From NCBI GenBank assembly GCA_036172245.1, contig JAYWIR010000074.1:124001-188000 (forward strand): a stretch of DNA of 64,000 nt, given 5' to 3'. The notes below the pieces were generated by a model, which was given only the letters and a program-made list of their open reading frames with translations, was not told the DNA's origin and made no database searches. A program made the translations under genes and the position numbers. Below, in pieces: positions 45,548 to 59,800 of the stretch. Each line of letters opens with the position of its first letter. Positions within the stretch are counted from its first letter, which is position 1. The DNA comes from Raillietiella orientalis. Taxonomy: Eukaryota.

Positions 45548-48500
45548 ACTTGCTCCGCGGCTCGAAGTATTGTGCGCTTGACAAGTTAATCAGTTCATTG
45601 TGCTCGTGTGTGCCCGGAGAGGGGAAGTTTTCCAAACGAAACTAGAAAAGAAGCGCCGAGGAGATCGCGGCGGAAGACCTGCAGTGGTCCCGTGCAGCAA
45701 GACCAGCTGCCAGGATGCAGGCACCTAGAAGAGGAGTGGAGAGACCGTCGTCCCCCATGGAAGCCATGGAGGTAACGTGCAGCAGCGGCGAGGCGGTGGC
45801 AGGCATGCCGAGGATCGCGCCCGCGGCGGGCTCTGCTGCGCCGGCGGCGGCGATGCCAAGGGTCGTTCCCGCGGCGACGACGGCGGAGGTCGTGCCCGCG
45901 GCGGCGACGCCGAGGATCGTGCCCGCGGCGAGGAAGGTCGCGCCTGCGGCGGCGATGCCGAGGGTGCCGCCCGCGGCGGCAAAGGTGGCGACGTCGAGGG
46001 TTGCGCTCGGAGCGGCGGCGTCCCAGGCAGGACCCGCGGGCGTCCACGCGGTTCAGGGCGAGACGCCATCTTGTTAGGCTGCGGCGGCGCAGCCCTTCTC
46101 CTATGCGTCGGTGGCGGCTGGACAAGCGAGTGTCCACCCACCAAGAAAATTCGGGAAGCCGCTATGCGGTAAAGTCCAAAAGGTGGATCGACCGATCGTG
46201 GAGTTAGGGCCGAATGTGAAGCCCATCATTTTCAAGACTGGGCTGATCAAGTTCAATAATATCAGGGAGGTGTATCTGTCCCTCGATAAAACGGACATGA
46301 ATTTTGATCGCATACAAGCGATCATACCAGCAAACAACGGGTTCACAGTCTTCACAGACTGTGAAGAGATTAGAGAGCGATTGATCCAGAAGGGGATCAA
46401 TATACAAGGGAGGATGGTTTGTGGTGTTGGCGAGATGGCATACACAACCGTCTTTCTGAACGGCATCTCCATCCTCACACCGCAACTAACGGTGTGGAAC
46501 TTTTTGGAGCAGTATGGGGAAGTTCTGGACCTTGAATTCCAGAACTTCTCTGGAAAAATATTTTCTGGCGACATGATCGATAAAATGAAGTTGAAAGAGG
46601 GAGCTGTGATCCCTGGATTAGCCGTTCTTGACGAACAATCCCAGGGAGTGAACGTGCGTTACCGGCAACAGCCGATATTCTGCACCGGGTGCAAGCAGTT
46701 CGGCCACAGGGGCGGCGCTTGCCCAACGTGTCGTTGTTTCCGCTGCGGCAAAGTAGGACATCAAGTCCGAAACTGCCCGCAGCCGGAGGTGTGCTCCTTC
46801 TGCAAGAAACACGGACATGCGAAATGGAGCTGTCCGGAGTTTGAAAACTGCAGAAGGATTCGAGGTCTCTCTCTCGTGAGAGAGAGAAACATCAAGGAGG
46901 CCGAACAGCCTCAGAAGTTGGCAGGAAGGCCGAAGAAGGTGAAGGAAGCCGTGCAGGTATCGACGGACGGCTTCATTGAGGAAAGAAAGAAAGGAAAGAG
47001 GAGGATGCTCGTCAAGGAGCAAGAAACCCCTCTTATCCTAGAAGGAGCAGCGCAGGAAGGCGGAAAGATGGAGTTAGCGCAGGAAGGCGCGAAAGAAGGA
47101 AACCAGGAAGCCACTCAAGTGTCGCAGGAGGCCCTGCAGTCCACGGAGGAGTTGGCAACACTAGCGGAGGAAGCGATGGAGGTGCAAAGCGGGCCTCAGC
47201 AAGAGAAAATCTTGCAGAAGATCTGCAATGCACAGGAAAAGGTGAACCAGGTTGTGGAGGTCACCGAGGGCGAGATGCTAGAAGAACAGCTTCTCGACGT
47301 AAAGGCGAACTTCTGCGCAAAGGTCGAGATAGAGGCGCTATCTCGAAAATTGATCGGGCGGGCCGAACACTCTACGGAGGAGGCGGAAGTAACCGACCTC
47401 ACCGGAACGGAGAGTGACGCCGGCAGCGAGAAGCCCGCTGCTTCTTCATCGTCTGGAAGAGCACGCTCTCCCAGACAGAAGAAGCTCAGGAAGGCCAGGA
47501 AATAGGTCTTCCCCTTTTATGGCCTCTTGCCTATCGACCGCCAAGAGGCTGAACATCGCCTCCTGGAATGTAAACGGTGTGGTCGACCAGGGAAAAAGAA
47601 AAAGGATTGTGCGAACCATCGCACAACAAGACATAGTGTGCCTGCAGGAGACCCACAAGATGGATCTCGAGATTGGTCAGCGAATGGAACGGCGATTCAA
47701 CGGGCAGATGTTCGTCAGCGAGGGAGAACGGAACACGCAGGGTGTGGCGGTCCTAATCAAGAACCACATGGCCCCCACTATTCTGGAAGTGTTCTGTCCC
47801 CAACCCGGACGAATCATCGGCGTGCGACTGGCCTGGTCCGCTACTGTTCACCTCATCCTGATGAACGTGTACGGGCCGCACAGGCTGAAACATCGTTGTG
47901 CGGAGGCGCTGCATGCAGCACTCCGTGAAAAGGTCGCCCCCAAGGACGTCGTGATTGTTGCTGGCGATCTCAACATATTGGATGAGATCACTCATTACCA
48001 AGACGCCAGAGGAAGGACGGCGTATCGGCGGCTATCCGAAGAGTTCGGACTGGTGTGGCGAACTGCAAGTCACAAGCCGATCGATCCCGTCCTCCACAGC
48101 ACCGAACTAGGGAATCGCATTCAGGGTTTTCGAGACACATTGACCACTCTGTCCGATCTCCCGTTGGTGCGGTTTTACCTAAGAACGGAGAATCCTCGGC
48201 GGAGGCAAGGCACCAGGGCGGCGCTCATCAGCATGCCCTCCTGGTTCGAGACACATCCTGGACATCTGGAGGTCCTGGAGACGATTCTGAGAACCACAAA
48301 AATCAGAAGAGTCGCCGACTGGGACAGCTTGGAACACAGGATACACCTGTTTGCAAATATGCAATTCGGGGATAGGTGCTTGAGGCAGGAGGCGTACCGA
48401 GAGCAGAACATCCAAGACCGCTCACTCTCAAAGTACTTCGATCAGTACGAGTCGGTACGTCTTCAACAACATAAAAGGGGAAGTCGGCGTGCTGGAGAAG

Positions 48501-51169
48501 AGAAATCTGGCAACAGATATCTTCTGCATCCAGTACGACGGTCAAGAGCGACAGTCGTCCGAGGATATCGTGGAAGTCTTTTACAGGCATTACACGAAAC
48601 ACTTCAGGCGACAACATCTCTGTCGGTCTAGTCAACAAGCCTTTCTGAGCTATCTCGAGAAGAGGACCGACGACCTCCAGCGGAACAGATTGGAGGAGGA
48701 ATTCTCCGAAGACGAGGTGAAGACTGCTTTTGCACAACTGCGCAAGGATGTGGCGGCGGGCCCTGACAGTGTACCCATCACGCACTATCAGCGGTGCCTG
48801 CATGCCTTCCTGCGCTTGTCCCACCAGTTGAACCTCTGCATCCGTGAAGAAGGCAGACTACCTGAGTCCTTCTACGAGAGTAGGATGAGCTTGTTGCCGA
48901 AAGGAGCCGACCCAACCCAGATCGCTCTATGGAGGCCAATCTCAATCCTGAACTCCGATGCCAAGTGGTTGGCGAAGATCTGGTCCAACCGCTTAGGCAA
49001 GGTCATGTCGAGGCTGATCTCTCCGGTCCAGACATGTGCAGTCCCAGGACGACACATGTCGGACAATGTCAAGTGTGCCCAGGCCACTGTTGGACTCAGT
49101 CGATACGTCGGCGAGAACCTGGTGCTGGAGTTCACTGACATGGAGAAGGCCTTCGACTCCATCGACCACGGGATGCTGCTAAAGGTTCTGGAGAAGCTAG
49201 GGCTTCCGGAACACTTCAGCAACTTCGTGAGGGCGGTACTCCAGAACCAGTACTGCCGGATCAAGATCAACGGCCAGTAGACGGCAGCGATCAGGATGGA
49301 ACGAGGAGTCCGACAGGGCGACTCGCTAAGTCCGATGCTGTTCGTCATCTATATGGAGGCGTTGTCGTCCTTTATCGAGAAGAGCGGACGACTAAGCGGG
49401 TTTACCATCGATAGCCAGCGTCTTACCCATCTGGCATACGCCGATGATCTACTCTTCTTCATCAAGGGAGAGAAAAATCAGCGTGCGTTTCTGGATGTGG
49501 TGGACCTGATGGAACAGGGCTTGGGCTTAAAAATCAATTCCCAGAAGAGCCAGCTTTTGCCCGTCGGAATACTGGATCTCTCCACTCTAACGGGGAGTGG
49601 ATTCCGTACGGTGGACACGGCCAAGTACCTGGGAGTCTACATCGGCGACGGCTCTGCGTCGAAGCTGCTGTGGAAGGAAATCCTGGGGAAAACGGCCAAG
49701 GAAGCAGCCAAGTACACCCGAACGGACCTTGGAATGAAGCGAAAGGCCAACATATGGAACGGAGTACTCCTTCCGAAAGTGCTCTTCGGGACGGCCTTCG
49801 CGAGGATGAACAAGGAAACCACGAGGGAGTTCGACAAGCTGCAGAGAAAAACACTGTGGGGCCACTATCGCCCAAGAGTCCGACTAAAACCCCTGTGTCG
49901 TCCCAGGGAAGAAGGCGGTTCCGGGATGAAGTCGCTTGCACATTCCATGGAAATCATGGATACGCGACACATCCTGGACATGGCCACTTACTGGGATGAC
50001 TGGCCGTATGCGGCGCACCGGGCCTACGCGTTGTTGCTTAACAACTCGAAAGGCCTGATGACTGCGCTGCTAGGCAAAGTAGGGGAATGGATAACAATCG
50101 ACCCGACCTGGAGGAGGAAGCAACGGCTGGTGCGGTAACACCAAATCAAGATCGTGTCGCGAAGCAGGGAACTCTGGCAGGAAGAGTCCATTCTGGTGAT
50201 CCCTTGGATGCTTCCTGTCCCGCCGGACACGAGAAGCTGGATCTACCAGCGGTCCAGAGTTACCCTACTGCAAATCCAGGAGTGGAGGCGAGGAGGCTAC
50301 CTACATCAAACACGTATACTTCGGTATACAGAGATGATGTTAGGAAGGTTTACCCACAGGACCCGCGAAGTGTGGTTCAACCACAACGACTTCGCATGGT
50401 CGAGGGTAACCAGAGCAAACCTCCGAAGGGTTATCCAAGAAAACGATCGTGACACCACTGCCCTCCAGGAAGCCACCGAACGCTACGGGAGTGAACGGTC
50501 CAACCTGTTAGCGATCGGCACGACGCTCTGGAGGAGTGACCTTCCGCCGGGCACCCAGGATGACCTCCTGATGTTTTATCACGGAGGAATCCAGAGTGGG
50601 TCCCGATTGCAGCACTTTACAGGAAGACGGGAAGACCGAGACTGCGCAGCATGTGGAGACGACGACACGAGACTTCACGTCTTGACGTGTCCCACACTGC
50701 TGCATGACTGGCTGATCCTGAAAAGGATCATAGTACTTACCCACAAGTCCGTTATGGAGATCCTCTCCGGGATGTTTCATGGGGATGGTAATGTTCGCTG
50801 TTACAATCCCATGGTGAGGACGACCATAGCCCCCTTCATCACCGCTATACTTGTGCGGTGGTGGAAAATGTGGAAAGCCAGGAGAGTCGCACCACCCATG
50901 GAGATCCTACAAGGGCTCTTGGAGAGGGAAATCGGCATCAGGAACTGCGGGAAGATCCACGCCAGGACGTACCGATTCATCCTAAAGAGGATCCAGGACG
51001 ACGCCCGAAACCATCCAGCTGGAATTCCCCCCTGAAAAGCAGAACTCCATTGTAACCGAAGGACCCCCAATTGCAAAATGTTTGTATTGAGTGAATGAAA
51101 GTGCGAATGTAAATTTTGTATTTTTATAGAAAAATAAACTTACCCCACCCCTTGTGGGACTTGGGGAAA
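45548..51169 (+). mobile_element. Family D copy D1, full length, several stops and frameshifts
   Basis: ORF1 45715-47505 (stop 46075-46077); ORF2 pieces 47519-48450, 48489-49280, 49296-50138, 50154-51035; bounded by target 16-mers at 45532 and 51170. Confidence 0.92.
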
Positions 51170-51185
51170 CCTGCCGAGTCGGCGA

Positions 51186-54100
51186 ACTTGCTCCGCGGCT
51201 CAAAGTATTGTGCGCTTGACAACTTAATCAGTTCATTGTGCTCGTGTGTGCCCGGAGAGGGGAAGTTTTCCAAACGAAACTAGAAAAGAAGCGCCAAGGA
51301 GATCGCGGCGGAAGACCTGCAGTGGTCTCGTGCAGCAAGAATAGCTGCCAGGATGCAGGCACCTAGAAGAGGAGTGGAGAGACCGTCGTCCCCCATGGAA
51401 GCCATGGAGGTAACGTGTGGCAACGGCGAGGCGGTGGCAGGCATGCCGAGGATCGCGCCCGCGGCGGGCTTTGCTGCGCCGGCGGCGACGATGCCAAGGA
51501 TCGTGCCCGCGGCGACGACGGCGGAGGTCGTGCCCGCGGCGGCGACGCCGAGTATCGTGCCTGCGGCGGGGAAGGTCGCGCCTGCGGCGGCGATGCCGAG
51601 GGTGCCGCCCGCGGCGGCAACGGTGGCGACGTCGAGGGTTGCGCTCTAAGCGCCGGCGTCACAGGCAGGACCCGCGGGCGTCCACGCAATTCAGGGCGAG
51701 ACGCCATCTTGTTCGGCTGCGGCGGCGCAGCCCTTTTCCTATGCGTCGGTGGCGGCTGGACAATCGAGTGTCCACCCACGAAGAAAATTCGGGAAGCCGC
51801 TATGCGGTAAAGTCCAAAAGGTGGATCGACCGATCGTGGAGTTAGGGCCGAATGTGAAGCCTATCATTTTCAAGACTGGGCTGATCAAGTTCAATAATAT
51901 CAGGGAGGTGTATCTGTCCCTCGATAAAACGGACATGAATTTTGATCGCATACAAGCGATCATACCAGCAAACAACGGGTTCACAGTCTTCACAGACTGT
52001 GAAGAGATTAGAGAGCGATTGATCCAGAAGGGGATCAATATACAAGGGAGGATGGTGTTGGCGAGATGCCATACACAACCGTCTTTCTGAACGGCATCTC
52101 CATCCTCACACCGCAACTAACGGTGTGGAACTTTTTGGAGCAGTATGGGGAAGTTCTGGACCTTGAATTCCAGAACTTCTCTGGAAAAATATTTTCTGGC
52201 GACATGATCGCCAAAATGAAGTTGAAAGAGGGAGCTGTGATCCCTGGATTAGCCGTTCTTGACGAACAATCTCAGCGAGTGAACGTGCATTACCGGCAAC
52301 AGCCGATATTCTGCACCAGGTGCAAGCAGTTCGGCCACAGGGCCGGCGCTTGCCCAACGTGTCGTTGTTTCCGCTGCGGCAAAGTAGGACATCAAGTCCT
52401 AAACTGCCGCAGCCGGAGGTGTGCTCCTTCTGCAAGAAACACGGACATGCGAAATCGAGCTGTCCGGAGTTTGCAAACTGCAGAAGGATTCGAGGTCTCT
52501 CTCCCGTGAGAGAGAGAAACACCAAGGAGGCGGAACAGCCTCAGAAGGCAGGAAGGCCGAAAAGGTGAAAGAAGCCGTCCCGGTATCGGAAGACGGCTTC
52601 ATACAGGTAGGGAAGAAAGGAAAGAGGAGGATGCTCGTCAAGGAGCAAGAAACCCCTCTTATCCTGGAAGGTGAAGAGCAAGAAGGCGAGAAGATGGAGG
52701 TAGCGCAGGAAGGCGCGGAAGAAGAAAAAGCCGAAGCCACTCCGGTGTCACAGGAGGCCCTGCAATCTACGGAGCAGTTGGCATCACTGGCTAATGTAGT
52801 CCTAGAGGTGCAGAGCGGTCCCCAGCAAGAGAAAATCTTGCAGAAGATCTGCAATGCACAGGAGAAGGTCAACCAAATTGTGGAGGTCACCGAGCGCGAA
52901 AAGCTAGAGGAACAGCTTCTCGACGTAAAGGCGAACTTCTGCGCCAAGGTCCAAATAGAGACGCTATCTCGAAAACTGATCGAGCGGGCCGAACACTCGA
53001 CGGAGGAGGCGGAAGTAACCGACCTCACCGGAACAGAGAGTGACGCCGGCAGCGAGAAGCCCGCTGCTTCTTCATTGTCTGGAAGAGCACGCTCTCTCAG
53101 ACAGAAGAAGCTCAGGAAGGCCAAGAAATAGGTCTTCCCCTTTTATGGCCTCTTCCCTATCGACCGTCAGGAGGCTGAACATCGCCTCCTGGAATGTAAA
53201 CGGTATGGTCGACCAGGGAAAAAGAAGAAGGATTGTGCGGACCATCGCACAACAAGACATAGTGTGCCTGCAGGAGACCCACAAGATGGGTCTCGAGATT
53301 AGTCAGCAAATGGAACGGCGATTCAACGGGCAGACTTTTGTCAGCGAAAGAGAACGGCACACGCAGGGAGTGGCGGTCCTAATCAAGAACAACTTGGCCC
53401 CCACTATTCTGGAAGTGTTCTGTCCCCAACCCGGACGAATCATCGGCGTGCGACTCGCCTGGTCCGCTACTGTTCACCTCATCCTGGTGAACGTGTACGG
53501 ACCGCACAGCCTGAAACATCGTTGTGCGGAGGCGCTGCATGCAGCACTACGTGAAAAGGTTGCTTCCAAGGACGTCGTGATTGTTGCTGGCGATCTCAAC
53601 ATATTGGATGAGATCACTCACTCCGAAGACGCCAGAGGAAGGACGGCGTATCGGCGGTTATCCGACGAGTTCGGACTGGTGTGGCGAACTGCAAGTCACA
53701 AGCCGATCGATCACGTCCTGCACAGCACCGAACTTGGGAATCGCATCCGGGGTTTTCGAGACATTATGACCACGGTGTCCGATCACCCCCTGGTGCGGTT
53801 TTCCCTAAGAACGGAGAATCCTCGGCGGAGGCAAGGCACCAGGGCGGTGCTCATCAGCATGCCCGCCTGGTTCGAAACCCATCCCGGAAATCAGGCTGTC
53901 CTGGAGACGATTCTGAGGGCAACAACAATCCGAAGAGTCGCCGACTGGGACAGCCTGAAACACAGGATACACCTGTTTGCGAACATGCAGTTCGGGGATA
54001 GGCGCTTGAGGCAAGAGGCGTACCTGGAGCTGAACATCCAAGATCGCTCCCTCTCAAAGTACTTCGATCAGTACGAGAGTCGGTACGTCCTCAATAACAT

Positions 54101-56797
54101 AAAAGGGGAAGTCGGCGTGCTGGAGAAGAGAAATCTGGCAACAGATATCTTCTGCATCCAGTACGACGGCCAAAAGCGACAGTCGTCTGAGGACATCGTG
54201 GATGCCTTTCACAGGCATTACACGAAACACTTCAGGCGACAACAGCTGTGTCGCTCTAGTCAACAGGCCTTCTTGAGCTTTCTCGAGAAGAGGACCGACG
54301 ACCTCCAGCGGAACAGACTGGAGGAGGAGTTCTCCGAAGAAGAGGTGAAGACTGCGTTTGGGCAACTTCGCAAGGACGTGGCAGCGGGCCCTGACAGTGT
54401 ACCCATCACGCACTATCAGCGGTACCTGCACGCCTAGCTGCGCTTGTTCCACCAGTTGACCCTCTGCATCCGGTAAGAAGGCAGACTACCTCAGTCCTTC
54501 TACGAGAGTCGGATGAGATTGCTGCCGAAAGGAGGCGACTCTACCCAGATCGCCCAATGGAGGCCAATCTCGATTCTAAACTCCGATGCCAAGTGGTTGG
54601 CGAAGATCTGTTCCAACCGCTTACGCAAGGTCATGTCGAGGCTGATCTCTCCGGTCCAGACATGTGCAGTCCCAGGACGACACATGTCGGACAATGTCAA
54701 GTGTGCCCAGGCCACTGTTGGACTCAGTCGATACGTCGGCGAGAACCTGGTGCTGGAGTTCACTGACATGGAGAAGGCCTTCGACTCCATCGACCACGGG
54801 ATGCTGCTAAAGGTTCTGGAGAAGCTAGGGCTTCCGGAACACTTCAGCAACTTCGTGAGGGCGGTACTCCAGAACCAGTACTGCCGGATCAAGATCAACG
54901 GCCAGTAGACGGCAGCGATCAGGATGGAACGAGGAGTCCGACAGCTCGACTCGCTAAGTCCGATGCTGTTCGTCATCTATATGGAGGCGTTGTCGTCCTT
55001 TATCGAGAAGAGCGGACGACTAAGCGGGATTACCATCGATAGCCAGCGTCTTACCCATCTGGCATACGCCGATGATCTACTCTTCTTCATCAAGGGAGAG
55101 AAAAATCAGCGTGCGTTTCTGGATGTGGTGGACCTGATGGAACAGGGCTTGGGCTTGAAAATCAATTCCCAGAAGAGCCAGCTTTTGCCCGTCGGAATAC
55201 TGGATCTCTCCACTCTAACGGGTAGTGGATTCCGTACGGTGGACACGGCCAAGTACCTGGGAGTCTACATCGGCGACGGCTCTGCGTCGAAGCTGCTGTG
55301 GAAGGAAATCCTGGGGAAAACGGCCAAGGAAGCAGCCAAGTACACCCGAACGGACCTTGGGATGAAGCGAAAGGCCAACATATGGACCGGAGTACTCCTT
55401 CCGAAAGTGCTCTTCGGGGCGGCCTTCGCGAGGATGAACAAGGAAACCACGAGGGAGTTCGACAAGCTGCAGAGAAAATCACTGTGGGGCCACTATCGCC
55501 CAAGAGTCCGACTAAAACCCCTGTGTCGTCCCAGGGAAGAAGGCGGTTCCGGGATGAAGTCGCTTGCAGTATCCATGGAAATCATGGATACGCGACACAT
55601 CCTGGACATGGCCACTTACTGGGATGACTGGCCGTATGCGGCGCACCGGGCCTACGCTTTGTTGCTTAACAACTCGAAAGGCCTGATGACTGCGCTGCTA
55701 GGCAAAGTAGGGGAATGGAAAAGAATCGACCCGACCTGGAGGAGGAAGCAACGGCTGGTGCCTAAGCACCAAATCAAGATCGTGCCGCGAAGCAGGGAAC
55801 TCTGGCAGGACGAGTCCATCCTGGTGATCCCTTGGTTGCTTCCTGTCCCGCCGGACACGAGAAGCTGGATCTACCAGCGGTCCAGTGTTACCCTACTGCA
55901 AATCCAGGAGTGGAGGCGAGGAGGCTACCTACATCAAACACGTATACTTCGGTATACAGAGATGATGTTAGGAAGGTTTACCCACAGGACCCGCGAAGTG
56001 TGGTTCAACCACAACGACTTCGCTTGGTCGAGGGTAACCAGAACAAACCTCCGAAGGTTTATCCAAGAAAACGACCGTGACACCAGTGCCCTCCAGGAAG
56101 CCACCGAACGCTACGGGAGTGAACGGTTCAACCTGTTAGCGATCGGCACGACGCTCTGGAGGAGTGACCTTCCGCCGGGCACCCAGGATGACCTCCTGAT
56201 GTTTTATAACGGAGGAATCCAGAGTGGGTCCCGATTGCAGCACTTTACAGGAAGACGGGAAGACCGAGACTGCGCAGCATGTGGAGACGACGACACGAGA
56301 CTTCACGTCTTGACGTGTCCCACACTGCTGCATGGCTGGCTGATCCTGAAAAGGATCATAGGACTTACCAACAAGTCCGTTATGGAGATCCTCGCCGGGA
56401 TGTTTCATGGGGATGGTAATGTTCCCTGTTACAATCCCATGGTGAGGACGACCATAGCCCTCTTCATCACCGCCATACTTGTGCGGTGGTGGAAAATGAG
56501 GAAAGCCAGGAGAGCCGCACCACCGATGGAGATCCTACAAGGGCTCTTGAAGAGGGAAATCGGCATCGGGAACTGCGGGAAGATCCACGCCTGGACGTAC
56601 CGATTCATCCTGAAGAGGATCCAGGACGACGCCCGGGACCATCCAGCTGGAATTCCCCCCTGAAAAGCAGAACTCTAGTGCAACCCAAGGACCCCCAAGT
56701 GCAAAATAATTGTATTGAGTGAGTGAGGGTGCGAATGTAAATTTTGTATTTTTATAGAAAAATAAACTTACCCCACCCCTTGTGGGACTTGGGGAAA
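51186..56797 (+). mobile_element. Family D copy D2, full length, several stops and frameshifts
   Basis: ORF1 pieces 51353-53131; ORF2 pieces 53145-54437, 54513-54908, 54924-56663; bounded by 16-mers at 51170 and 56798. Confidence 0.92.
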
Positions 56798-56813
56798 CCT
56801 GCCGAGTCGGCGA

Positions 56814-59800
56814 ACTTGCTCCGCGGCTCAAAGTATTGTGCTCTTGACAAAGTAATTAGTTAATTGTGCTCGTGTGTGCCCGGAGAGGGGAAGTTTTCCA
56901 GACGAAACTAAAAAAAAGAAGCGGCGAGGAGATCGCGGCAAAAGACCTGCAGTGGTCCCGTGCAGAAAGACCAGCTGCCAGGATGCAGGCACCTAGAAGA
57001 GGAGTGGAGAGACCGCCGTCGTCCATGGAAGCCATGGAGGTAACGTGCGGCAACGGCGAGGCGGTGGCAGGCATGCCGAGGATCGCGCCCGCGGCGGGCT
57101 TTGCTGCGCCGGCGGCGGCGATGCCAAGGGTCGTGCCCGCGGCCGCGACGCCGAGGATCGTGCCCACGGCGGGGAAGGTCGCGCCTGCGGCGGCGATGCC
57201 GAGGGTGCCGCCCGCGACGGTAACGGCGGCAACGTCGATGTTTGCGCCCGCGGCGGTGGCTTCCCAGGCGGGACCCGCGGGCGTCCACGCGGTGCAGGGA
57301 GCGACGCCATCTTGTTCGGCTGCGGCGTCGCAGCCCTTTTCTTATGCGTCGGTGGCGGCTGGACAGGCGAGTGTCCACCCACCTCGGAAATTCGGTAAGC
57401 CGCTTAGCGGAAATGTACTAAAAGTGGACCGACCAATAGACGAAATAGGCCCCAACGTGAAGCCCATTATCTTCAAGACGGGGCTAATAAAATTTAATAA
57501 CATCAGGGAGGTCTATTTGTCCCTCGACAAGACGGACATAGACTTTGATCGCATTCAGGCGATCATTCCATCGAACAACGGGTTCACAGTCTTTACAGAC
57601 TGTGAAAACATTAGAGAGCGATTGATCCAGAAGGAGATCAATATACAAGGACGGATGGTTTGTGGTATTGGCGAGATGCCATACACAACCGTCTTTTTAA
57701 ACGGCATCTCCATCCTCACACCGCAACTAGCGGTGTGGAATTACTTGGAGCAGTTTGGGGAAGTTCTGGACCTTGATTTCCAGAACTTCTCTGACAACAT
57801 ATTTTCTGGCGACATGATCGCCAAGATGAAGTTGACGGAGGGAGCTGTGATCCCTGGATTGGCCGTTATTGACGAACAATCCCAGGGAGTGAATGTGCGT
57901 TACCGGCAACAACCGGTATTCTGCACCGGGTGCAAGCAGTTCGGCCACAGGGCCGGGGCTTGCCCAACGTGTCGTTGTTTCCGCTGCGGCAAAGTAGGAC
58001 ATCAAGTCCGAAACTGCCCGCAGTTGGAGGTGTGCTCCTTCTGCAAAAAACACGGACATGCGAAATGGAGCTGTCCGGAGTTTGAAAACTGCAGAAGGAT
58101 TCGAGGTCTCTCTCCCGTGAGAGAGAGAAACATCAAGGAGGCCGAACTGCCTCAGATGGCAGGAAGGCAGAAAAAAGTGAAAGAAGCCGTCCCGGTGTCG
58201 GCGGACGGCTTCATAGAAGTGGGAAAGAAGGGAAAGAGGAGGATGCTCGTCAAGGAGCAAGGAACTCCTCAAATCCTGGAAGCAGCAGAGCAGGAAGGCG
58301 ACAAGACGGAGGTAGCGCAGGAAGGCGCGAAGGAAGAGAGACAGGAAGCCACTAAAGTGTCGCAGGAAGCTCTGCAGACTACGGAGGAGTTGGCAACACT
58401 AACGGAGGAGACCATGGAGGTGCAGAGCGGTCCTCAGCAAGAGAAAATCTTGCAGAAGATCCGCACTGCACAAGAGAACATCAACCAGGTGGTGGAGGTC
58501 GCCGAACGCGAGAAGTTAGAGGAACAGCTTCTCGACGTGAAAGCGAACTTCTGCGCCAAGGTCGAGATAGAGGCGCTATCTCGAAAATTGATCGCGCAGG
58601 CGGAACACTCTACGGAGGAGGCGGAAATTACCGACCTCACAGGTACGAAGAGTGACGCCGGCAGCGAGAAGCCCGCTGCTTCTTCATTGTCTGGAAGAGC
58701 ACGCTCTCTCAGACAGAAGAAGCTAAGGAAGGCCAAAAAATAGGTCTTCCCCTTTTATGGCCTCTTCCCAATCAACCGCCAGGAGGATAAACATCGTCTC
58801 CTGGAACGTAAACAATGTGGTCGACCAGGGAAAAAGAAGAATGATTGTGCGGACCATCGCACAACAAGACATCGTGTGCCTGCAGGAGACCCACAGGATG
58901 GATCTGGAGATAAGCCAGCGAATGGAACGGCGATTCAACGGGCAGATGTTCGTCAACGAAGGAGAACGGAACACGAAGGGTGTGGCGGTGCTAATAAAGA
59001 ACCACTTAGCCCCTACTATTCTGGAAGTGTTCTGTCCCCAACCCGGACGAATCATCGGCGTGCGACTGGCCTGGTCCGCGACTGTTCACTTCATCCTGGT
59101 GAACGTTTACGGGCCGCACAGGCTAAAACATCGTTGTGCGGAGGCGCTGCATGCAACACTCCAGCAAAAGGTCGCCCCTAAGGACGTCGTGATTGTGCTG
59201 GCGATCTCAACATCTTGGATGTGATCATTCATTCGGAAGACGCCAGAGGAAGGACGGCGTATCGACGGCTATCCGAGGAGTTCGGAGTGGTGTGGCGAAC
59301 TGCAAGTCACAAGCCGATCGATCACGTCCTGCACAGCACCGAAGTTGGAAATCGCATTCAGGGTTTTCGAGACATTATGACCACGGTGTCTGATCACCCC
59401 CTGGTGCAGTTTTCCCTAAGAACGGAGAATCCTCGGAGGAGGCAAGGCACCAGGGCGGCGCTCAACAGCATGCCCGCCTGGTTCGAAACCCATCCCGGAC
59501 ATCAGGCTGTCCTGGAGACGATTCTGAAGGAAACAACAATCCGAAGAGTCGCCGACTGAGACAGCCTGAAACACAGGATACACCTGTTTGCAAACATGCA
59601 CTTCGGAGATAGGCGCTTGGGGCAGGAGGCGTAACGGGAGCTGCACATCCAAGATCGCTCCCTCTCAAAGTACTTCGATCAGTACGAGAGTCGGTACGTC
59701 TTGAAGAACATAAAAGGGGAAGTCGGCGTGCTGGAGAAGAGAAATCTGGCAACAGATATCTTCTGCATCCGGTACGACGGTCGAAAGCGACAGACGTCTG

